DNA of 56,220 bases from Promethearchaeota archaeon (lineage in GTDB: Archaea > Asgardarchaeota > Lokiarchaeia > Sigyniarchaeales > SOKP01), in assembly GCA_016840165.1 (NCBI GenBank), contig JAEOSU010000041.1, positions 1 through 56,220 of the forward strand, written 5' to 3'. The notes beneath the pieces were generated by a model that did not search any database, was not told the DNA's origin, and saw only the letters and a program-made list of their open reading frames with translations. A program made the position numbers and the translations under genes. How positions within the stretch are numbered: position 1 is the stretch's first letter; the number at the start of each line of letters is the position of its first letter. Below, piece after piece: positions 49,014 to 56,220 of the stretch.

Positions 49014-50189
49014 ATGACTGTCCAGAATGAAAAAGATTGGAAGGATATTATCCATAGATGTTTCAGATGCGGTTATTGTAAGTTCACCTATGATTATTCC
49101 GATTTTAATTGTCCAAGTTATAAAAAATTTCGATTTGAAACGTATAGTACAGGAGGACGAATGTGGCTTACTTTTGGTGCTATTAATGGCGATATCGAGT
49201 GGAGTGAAGGTATTGCCAATGTGCTTTATGCCTGCCCCACCTGTGGTAATTGTATGGAGAACTGTCGATTTGAAAAATTCAACTTTATGCTTGTTGATTT
49301 TATAGAAGCTGCTCGAGCAGAAGCAAATAAGAACGGTTTTTGTCCTGAGAATCAAAAATTCCTATTGGGACGTACCACGAATAAATCCTATTTTAATCCA
49401 TATGCTGAGAAAAATTCTGATAATGAAGATCTTAAAATAAAACATGATCTGCCTGATGAAGCGGAATGGGTTTATTTTATTGGATGTACAAGTAATTATC
49501 GTCAGAAAGATCTGAGAGATGCCACTTTACGATTTCTGAAAAAGGCAGGAATCAATTTCACACTATATGATGAACATTGCTGTACCAGTCCATTAATAAG
49601 AACCGGTCAACTTTCTCCAGTAAATGATTTCATGAACTATAATATTCAAAAGATCAAAGCAGTGGGAGCTAAAAAAGTTATTACCTCATGTGCGGGATGC
49701 TATCGAACATTGAAGAATGATTTTGCCAAACATGGTGTAGATCATGATTTAGAGATTTATCATACTTCAGAATTGATATTACAACTTCTAAAGGAAGAGA
49801 AATTGAAATTTTCATCAGAATTTCATAAGAAAGTAACATATCATGACCCTTGTCATTTAGGAAGACACTCTGGTTTATATGAAGAACCAAGAGAAGTCTA
49901 TAAGCAAATACCTGGAATTGAATTTATTGAAATGAAACGAAATAGGGAAAATGCGTGGTGCTGCGGTGCAGGGGGAGGAGTAAAGATTGGATATCCTGAT
50001 TGGTCAATTGAAATCTCCAAAGAACGGTTAGAAGAAGCTAAAGAAACTGGCGCGACCATTGTATCATCCACATGTCCTTTCTGTCGAACTAATTTAAGTG
50101 ATGCTAATAAGGCATTCGATATGGGATTTGAAGTTTTAGATCTCGTAGAAATTATAGATCAACTAGAATATGAGGTAATAAAAGAATAA
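49014..50189 (+). CDS. GlcF/HdrD-like Fe-S oxidoreductase, paralog of 38387-39565
   Basis: CFRCGYC, CPTCGNC, YHDPCHLGRH, WCCGAGGGVKIGYPDWSIEISKERLEEAKETGA. Confidence 0.9.
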   Translation: MTVQNEKDWKDIIHRCFRCGYCKFTYDYSDFNCPSYKKFRFETYSTGGRMWLTFGAINGDIEWSEGIANVLYACPTCGNCMENCRFEKFNFMLVDFIEAARAEANKNGFCPENQKFLLGRTTNKSYFNPYAEKNSDNEDLKIKHDLPDEAEWVYFIGCTSNYRQKDLRDATLRFLKKAGINFTLYDEHCCTSPLIRTGQLSPVNDFMNYNIQKIKAVGAKKVITSCAGCYRTLKNDFAKHGVDHDLEIYHTSELILQLLKEEKLKFSSEFHKKVTYHDPCHLGRHSGLYEEPREVYKQIPGIEFIEMKRNRENAWCCGAGGGVKIGYPDWSIEISKERLEEAKETGATIVSSTCPFCRTNLSDANKAFDMGFEVLDLVEIIDQLEYEVIKE

Positions 50190-50199
50190 AAAAAAGAAA

Positions 50200-51222
50200 T
50201 TAATAATCTAGCTGTTCTCCAAGAGCCATTCGACAAAGATCACTTAACAAATAATTTTTTAATCCTTTTCTCTCTACTCTTGAACCCATGGTTTCCCAAC
50301 AAAATGGACAATTATAAAAACATATTTCAGCACCATGGTCAATCATATCCTGAATATTTTTGTCTTGAACTTTTCTCATCTCTTTGGATCGGCTAAAAGC
50401 TGAGAGAATCCCAGCACAACATAAGGCATTTTCCCGATCGTATTTCCTTTCTACTCGTTCAACCCCAATTAACTCACAAATTTTATCAATCCACTCATCT
50501 ATTTCCGGGCTAAATCGATTGGAGCAAGGTCGTTGATATGCTACTTTTTTATTGAGTTTTTGAATCTCCGATTCATGTTCTTTCAAGTAATTATAGAGAT
50601 ATTCAAATAAATGTATAGCTTTAAAATCTGGAGGGAGTTCAATATTATTGCGGGGACAATATGAATTATAGAATCCATAACATTCATCATGGAAACAAAT
50701 CATTTCTTTTATTCCTTGTTGTTTTATTGCATCAATGATAATTGGTGCTCGTTCCATTATTACTGAATCTCTAGCATAATGATGGTAGACTAAGTTACAG
50801 AAATAATTGAGTCCAGCGACATATTGTAAATTCTCGAATATAGGTCCTTGCATATTTCTAGCATGAGATTTAGGAAAAGCACATTTATTTAACACCGGTT
50901 TGTTGGGATCGATTTCTTTAAGGCGCAACTCATCATAAGGTTTGTATCTTCTCACTATAGCTTCTACACCAGCAGGGTTGGCAGGTAAAGAGTTATATTT
51001 TTCTTGAAGTCCTGTAATTAAATCAAATGGATGAGAATCATAAGGACAATATTCATCACATGCAAAACATGTGATACATTCGCTTAGGACTCTTGACTCC
51101 TTTTCCTCAATCATTTTAGCTATTTCTAATCTTGCTTGCTCCGTATTTTCAAAATCAATCCATTGACACCTGGATAAGCAATCTACATTTTTACATTCTA
51201 CACAATGCGATTTATCAAACAT
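50200..51222 (-). CDS. Fe-S binding protein with CCG domain
   Basis: CVEC...C..RC, CITCFACDEYCP, YQRPCS, LCCAG, CPFC. Confidence 0.85.
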   Translation of the reverse strand: MFDKSHCVECKNVDCLSRCQWIDFENTEQARLEIAKMIEEKESRVLSECITCFACDEYCPYDSHPFDLITGLQEKYNSLPANPAGVEAIVRRYKPYDELRLKEIDPNKPVLNKCAFPKSHARNMQGPIFENLQYVAGLNYFCNLVYHHYARDSVIMERAPIIIDAIKQQGIKEMICFHDECYGFYNSYCPRNNIELPPDFKAIHLFEYLYNYLKEHESEIQKLNKKVAYQRPCSNRFSPEIDEWIDKICELIGVERVERKYDRENALCCAGILSAFSRSKEMRKVQDKNIQDMIDHGAEICFYNCPFCWETMGSRVERKGLKNYLLSDLCRMALGEQLDY

Positions 51223-51313
51223 TATTTTTTCAATTTTAATTGTGTCATTTATGAATAATTATCAAAAATGAGAAATAAGTAATAAATCAAATGATTTAGT
51301 AGTAAGATACTCA

Positions 51314-51857
51314 TTAATCCTCTAAAATAAACTCCCAAGCACAATAATATTCTTTAGGATGAGAATCAGGAGGACAACAAATACAATTGGTTTTGATACG
51401 AGGATCAATGGTTTTCGCAAAATCGCCATATTCTATAACACCTACAGGTTTACAGGGAAAATCAGGAAGATTTCTAGTATTACGAGCATATTGAACCCGA
51501 CAATTATTCATGCGGAATACACATCGCTTCTCGGAAATCTCTACGATTTCTTGAACATTAATATTGGCATATACGCGATATTTTAGCGCTTTTACCAAGG
51601 CAGGAATACCTCCATGTTCGGGGATATTAAATCGCTTCATAATACGTTTCGCTTCAATTATGGTAAATCTTTTCCATTGGTCTACGTCTAATTCTATTGC
51701 CTTTTCTAATCCATATTCTTTCTCGACTGTCTGGAACCAGGTTATGGTTTTAAAGGTATCTTTAATAATTTCCATCTATTGCCAGCCAGTTTTTAGAAAG
51801 ATCTTCAATATAATCGAGCAATTCCTCTTTCGTTAGTCCAACTAAATCTTCTCTCAT
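51314..51857 (-). CDS. DUF6125-like protein, 171 aa, in two exons (51770-51857 and 51314-51741)
   Basis: Exon 1 MREDLVGLTKEELLDYIEDLSKNWLAIDG and exon 2 TWFQTVEKEYGLEKAIELD...CRVQ.AR....LPDFPCKPVG...C..CPPD.HP..YYCAWEF join into a W.A.DG.WF motif once 28 nt are removed. Confidence 0.82.
51742..51769 (-). other. Candidate 28-nt bulge-helix-bulge (BHB) mRNA intron
   Basis: Intron ATTATTAAAGATACCTTTAAAACCATAA. Central helix AUGG/CCAU with 3-nt bulges AAA and AAC, intron stem UUAAAG/CUUUAA, exon-exon helix with 8 of 10 pairs. Canonical cleavage restores the frame. Confidence 0.8.
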
Positions 51858-51963
51858 ATACTTATATCCTATTATTTGATAGATTAGAAAATATACTACA
51901 GCAAAAAAAGATTTTATATTTTGAATATATAAAAATTAAAGAAAAAAAAGAAGCTTTGATTTA

Positions 51964-54255
51964 TTAAGGTGTATGTGTCCCGTCGCCATCGTAAATTGTC
52001 CAACTAAACGTATCCACAATGTATTGTCTCGCGTCAGCGGGAGCACCGGGTGATGTACAGTGAGAATTTCCCGCATTGAAAGTCACCCCGTTTTGTAAGA
52101 TTAAACTCGACCACCCGAGTAATAAGCTGTCATAATTCGCGGTTGATAATGTAACCCCATTAAGCATGCCATCCATACTAGTTACTTGCGAAACATTCCA
52201 GCTTCCCAAATCTTGATCGAAAGATGATGCTCCAGAGAACATATATTGCAAATTTTCTACACCGGAAACATCCCAATCACCTATATCTTGATTAAATACT
52301 CCAGCATGGTCAAACATCATATTCATGTTTTTAACACTAGATATATCCCATTGTCCGATATCTTGATTAAAGGAGGTCGCAAAAGCAAACATCGAGTTCA
52401 TATAAATTACATTGGAAACATCCCATCCTCCTATATCTTGATCGAAGGAGGACGCTCCAGAGAACATATAGGTCATATAGTCCACATTGGATACATCCCA
52501 ATTGCTAATATTTTGATTAAAGGATTGATCTCCCATGAACATATACCTCATATCTGTGACACTAGATACGTTCCAATTATCAATAGACCCATTAAAATTA
52601 GTTTCTCCAAACATCCACAGCATTTTAGTTACTTTAGAGACATCCCAATTATTCAAATTCTGGTTGAAGCTATCAGCATGATAGAACATTGAACTCATAT
52701 GAGTTACATTTGATACATTCCATCCTCCAATGTCTTGATTGAACACATAAGCATTATCAAACATACCAAACATATTTATGACATTTGAGACATTCCAATT
52801 ACCGATATCTTGATTGAAAATTTCAGCACGCTCAAACATAGAGCCCATATCAGTAACACTTGAGACATCCCAATCGCTAATACTTTGATTAAAGGAAGCA
52901 GTACCCTCAAACATGGAGCTCATATCAGTAACACTTGATACATCCCAATTACCAATAGCGCCATTAAATAATCCAGCACTAGTAAACATATAACTCATAT
53001 CAGTGACACTTGAGACATCCCAATTGTTAAGATCTTGATTGAAAGCGGAAGCTTCATAGAACATACGATTCATATCAGCCACGCTTGAAACATCCCAATT
53101 GTTAATACTTTGATTGAAAGAATCAGTATCCTCAAACATTTGAGACATATCAGTAACACTTGAAACATTCCATCCTCCAATATATTGATTAAAGGATACG
53201 GTAGCCCTGAACATATCGTGCATACTAATAACACTTGATACATCCCAATCTCCAATATCTTGATTAAATGTATCAGCATTATTGAACATCCCGTACATAC
53301 TAGTAACACTTGAGACATCCCAATCTCCGATATCTTGATTGAATAGATCAGCCCCTTCAAACATACCAAACATATTTATGACACTTGACACATTCCATCC
53401 TCCAATATCTTGATTAAAGGAAGTTGCATAAGCAAACATAAACATCATATCCTCGACACTTGAAACGTCCCAATCACCAATATTCTGGTTAAATGACGTA
53501 GCCTTAGAGAACATATGATTCATATCAGTAACACTTGAAACATCCCAATTGCAAATATCTTGATTAAATGCTTCAGCGTAATCAAACATATAGCTCATAT
53601 CCCTTACGCTTGAAACGTCCCAATCTGCAATATCTTGATTGAAATTTTGGGCTCTAAAAAATAAACCAGCCATATTTATTACACTTGAGACATCCCATTC
53701 ATTCATATTAATCAATTCATTAATATTAGAGCAAAAGGAAAAGGCATATTCCAAATTGGTTGTCTCATTTAAATCTAAAATATCGGTCGCACTAATATTA
53801 AGATTTTGACATCCATAAAAATATCTTCCAGAATTTCCTAATCGTAAATCACCCCATTGTTTAATTTCAATCAATTTTAATTTATCTCCTTCACTATTGA
53901 ATCGCCAACCAGCGATCTGTCCTAATATATTAATAGTGTAGACCCCCTCTAGATGATAAGTATGTGTCACTTCTACTTGATCCCAACTTGTAATCGTATC
54001 GGAAGTTTCATCACCCCATTCTATATAGAAATTATACATTCCTGAAGATTCCAGAGGTAACTTTACTTGATTGCTATTACTTGATCCCGAATTAGTTAAT
54101 GTCGTATTCCACACAGATATAAATGGATTCCCAGTTATAGGTCCATTATCATTTCCTCCACCAGGAGGTTGTATAAAAGCAAATAATAATCCAACGGAAA
54201 TGCCAGCTACAATTAAAACGGGGACAATTAGCGCAAGAATTTTTTTCTTATTCAT
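51964..54255 (-). CDS. Membrane-anchored BspA/DUF285-type repeat surface protein
   Basis: N-terminal signal/TM, PKD-like WGD segment, QWG, 21 counted W(D/N)(V/I)S repeats (FNQ.I..WDVS.V..M..MF), NYD.LL.GW. Confidence 0.9.
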   Translation of the reverse strand: MNKKKILALIVPVLIVAGISVGLLFAFIQPPGGGNDNGPITGNPFISVWNTTLTNSGSSNSNQVKLPLESSGMYNFYIEWGDETSDTITSWDQVEVTHTYHLEGVYTINILGQIAGWRFNSEGDKLKLIEIKQWGDLRLGNSGRYFYGCQNLNISATDILDLNETTNLEYAFSFCSNINELINMNEWDVSSVINMAGLFFRAQNFNQDIADWDVSSVRDMSYMFDYAEAFNQDICNWDVSSVTDMNHMFSKATSFNQNIGDWDVSSVEDMMFMFAYATSFNQDIGGWNVSSVINMFGMFEGADLFNQDIGDWDVSSVTSMYGMFNNADTFNQDIGDWDVSSVISMHDMFRATVSFNQYIGGWNVSSVTDMSQMFEDTDSFNQSINNWDVSSVADMNRMFYEASAFNQDLNNWDVSSVTDMSYMFTSAGLFNGAIGNWDVSSVTDMSSMFEGTASFNQSISDWDVSSVTDMGSMFERAEIFNQDIGNWNVSNVINMFGMFDNAYVFNQDIGGWNVSNVTHMSSMFYHADSFNQNLNNWDVSKVTKMLWMFGETNFNGSIDNWNVSSVTDMRYMFMGDQSFNQNISNWDVSNVDYMTYMFSGASSFDQDIGGWDVSNVIYMNSMFAFATSFNQDIGQWDISSVKNMNMMFDHAGVFNQDIGDWDVSGVENLQYMFSGASSFDQDLGSWNVSQVTSMDGMLNGVTLSTANYDSLLLGWSSLILQNGVTFNAGNSHCTSPGAPADARQYIVDTFSWTIYDGDGTHTP
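52180..53705 (-). repeat. Coding tandem repeat, about 75-bp (25-aa) period, about 21 degenerate units (boundaries approximate)
   Basis: Recurrent plus-strand acttgagacatcccaat...atcttgattaaa...aacat units. Confidence 0.85.
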
Positions 54256-54334
54256 TTAAATCATCTTTTATGTTTTATTTTTTAAAGTGATAATTAAGAA
54301 AAGGTCAATTTTTCTCTCTCTTATGGATATAGAT

Positions 54335-54358
54335 GTGAAAATTTCATGAAAGTTTCAC
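54335..54358. promoter_or_regulatory. 24-bp near-perfect palindrome; possible operator or RNA hairpin
   Basis: GTGAAAATTTCA|TGAAAGTTTCAC (one mismatch), 80 bp upstream of the surface protein start. Confidence 0.4.
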
Positions 54359-54422
54359 GCATAAATATGAGAGTTGAAACTTATTTAGAATAATTCAGAT
54401 AAAGATGAATTCACAATATATT

Positions 54423-55712
54423 CTATAGCAATGTTTGAGCAAAAAGCTTGATCTTCTCTCGGATTATCTTCTCTGAAGCAAATCGCGCATCTCCCACATC
54501 TACATCTATTAAAAGCATAGGAATTCCCACTTCATCTCTTAAGGCCTCCCTAAGGATTTGAGGGACACTCCCAAATTGTTTACACCCAATATGAGACGTG
54601 AAGATAAAGCAGTCTGCAGAGTAATCCTTGGCTAATCTTACACAATCATCAATAAACGGATAATAAAATTCTGCGGATTGCTTAGTCATAGGAGCCTCCA
54701 TTGCCTTTTTAGCCATACCATAAAACATCGTATCGTCATCGGATTTGGTATCAACGAGATCCGCAAAATTGTAATTGAAAATATCAAACAATATGGACAT
54801 TCCCAACTCTCGATCAGCCCATTCACATAGTGCTAGGTCAAAGAAAATTATCATGTAGGGCCAGATGCTACGAATTTTTTCCTCACCACCGTAATGAACT
54901 CCTCTCTTATACCTCTTTTTCGCGATATCGAGCATATCTCTATAGAAGTTAAGTTTTTCCTCCCTTCCAGAGAGATAAATTGCCGCTGCGGCTGCCATCG
55001 CATTAAACATATTCTCTACAGGTGAGGGTACCGCCTTTTTCAGCTCGAACAATTCTAATTGCAGAGTAGTGACATTGTTTTCTATCTCTAAAACTTTCCT
55101 AAGGCGTTCATAATCTGGTTCTTGCCCTATAACTTCGCCTAACTTTTCCAAACTGAGTCTGATTTGTTCGCCATGATAATGATAGCTTTTCTCTTCTTTC
55201 AAAAAAGGAAGGTCAGGTGCAAGGAGCGGAATTTTCTTATGGTATTGGAAGAAAGGATATGAGGCATATGTATTATCACATGGTGCGGTAGGTGTGATAA
55301 TCGCATCGAATTTAAATAAATCGTCCAATGTCATGCCAAGAACGCCCTTCTGACTCGAGCATGTATGGAAGGGATGTCCCCAGTTAGTAATTAGATCATA
55401 AAACGGTTCTGAGCCATGAGGTAGCAATGCTGCTAAAAGATATGAGGTTGCTTCAATACAAACGGGAACGCAATCAAAGCAGTAAAGATATTCGGTAGGA
55501 AAAGAGAAATGGTGGCCAATAATTGGTAAACCCTCTCCTGATTTGTCTATAAAGTCTTTCATAACAGTTTTGATATATTCTAATCCTATTCTAAGTGAGG
55601 GAATTCCAGTTTCAGGCAGAATACCTTTTACTAATCCATGAGTACCCTCAATTGCTTCGTAAAGCATCTTATATGGTATTATCCGGTTCTCTAATAATTC
55701 CCTAATTGCCAC
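54423..55712 (-). CDS. 2-hydroxyacyl-CoA dehydratase subunit (HgdA/B, FldB/C family)
   Basis: P.E....FD..P...E, TCS..KG, APCD, HIGCKQ, GIPML.ID.D.GD.R. Confidence 0.88.
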   Translation of the reverse strand: MAIRELLENRIIPYKMLYEAIEGTHGLVKGILPETGIPSLRIGLEYIKTVMKDFIDKSGEGLPIIGHHFSFPTEYLYCFDCVPVCIEATSYLLAALLPHGSEPFYDLITNWGHPFHTCSSQKGVLGMTLDDLFKFDAIITPTAPCDNTYASYPFFQYHKKIPLLAPDLPFLKEEKSYHYHGEQIRLSLEKLGEVIGQEPDYERLRKVLEIENNVTTLQLELFELKKAVPSPVENMFNAMAAAAAIYLSGREEKLNFYRDMLDIAKKRYKRGVHYGGEEKIRSIWPYMIIFFDLALCEWADRELGMSILFDIFNYNFADLVDTKSDDDTMFYGMAKKAMEAPMTKQSAEFYYPFIDDCVRLAKDYSADCFIFTSHIGCKQFGSVPQILREALRDEVGIPMLLIDVDVGDARFASEKIIREKIKLFAQTLL

Positions 55713-55812
55713 TTTGTTCCAATCCCAACTAATTTTTTTAAAAAATAAAGTATCTTATATTCCTATTGTATTATTAGTTATTAGATTTTCTTAACTTATT
55801 AAAAATAGCCTC

Positions 55813-56220
55813 TCAAAGGTTAAAAAGAGATCCGATACCAAAAAACGAATTTCTTGAAAAAAACTCGAGTCCATTCTTAACGGTGAATCCTACATCTAAT
55901 TTCTTTGACGGATTCAGCATTGTTAAAACGAATGACATTGGTTTTTCAATACTAGACATGAAATATTCAAAATTGGATTTCGGCTTAAAATATATGTTTT
56001 TTATTTCATCCGGGACTACATACTTGGCATCTCTAAACAAAGGATTAGTTTTCTTGTTGCCAACCATTAAATCATGAAATGCCTCGATTCTTGTTCTAAG
56101 TCCTTCAAAACCAGAACTTCCATCAAGACTAATATGAATGTGGGGCATGTAAAACTTGTCCATGTTTTTCTCAGCTTCTAACATTCCCATGAGGGATATT
56201 TCAGGCATGCAAGTAAATGG
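55813..56220 (-). CDS. C-terminal part of a 2-hydroxyacyl-CoA dehydratase/activase-associated protein (cut by window edge)
   Basis: Frame open to the edge: PFTCMPEI...ISLD..SG.EGL.TRIEAF.DL. Confidence 0.72.
   Translation of the reverse strand, partial: PFTCMPEISLMGMLEAEKNMDKFYMPHIHISLDGSSGFEGLRTRIEAFHDLMVGNKKTNPLFRDAKYVVPDEIKNIYFKPKSNFEYFMSSIEKPMSFVLTMLNPSKKLDVGFTVKNGLEFFSRNSFFGIGSLFNL

Noticed and set aside
51314-51775. ORF-track 153-aa protein starting MEIIKDTFKTI, or a simple frameshifted pseudogene
   Set aside because: The family-like N-terminus lies upstream in another frame, and the interrupting 28 nt form an exact BHB. An intron explains the data better, though a pseudogene is not formally excluded.
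52180-53705. Regularly spaced DNA repeats suggesting a CRISPR array
   Set aside because: Units are degenerate, in frame and encode 25-aa protein repeats; no unique spacers and no cas genes nearby.

Overview
AT-rich, gene-dense archaeal DNA. Gene content and style point to an Asgard archaeon of the Lokiarchaeia (inference): Vhu/Mvh hydrogenase with HdrBC, a eukaryote-like SECIS, an SDS22-type LRR protein and many CCG-domain Fe-S proteins. No rRNA, tRNA, CRISPR array or recognisable mobile element was seen. Four signals are missed or misread by the ORF track. (1) A 28-nt frame-disrupting insert (51742-51769, minus) in a DUF6125-like gene folds into a canonical bulge-helix-bulge (BHB). Cutting at the standard positions restores a 171-aa ORF, so this is a candidate tRNA-endonuclease-type mRNA intron. 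(2) An unannotated selenoprotein gene vhuU (6477-6629, in-frame TGA at 6543) completes the split hydrogenase large subunit, and its eukaryote-type SECIS core overlaps its own stop codon. (3) Three paralogous A-B-C cassettes of membrane-anchored left-handed beta-helix proteins (one with an A-B fusion) resemble a split terminal module of poly(amino acid) synthetases (Pls/PosA). A GH3-like adenylating enzyme lies among them. (4) An MscS gene seems to start at ATA, and two Zn-ribbon microproteins are unannotated. All family assignments come from motif recognition by eye; no database searches were run.
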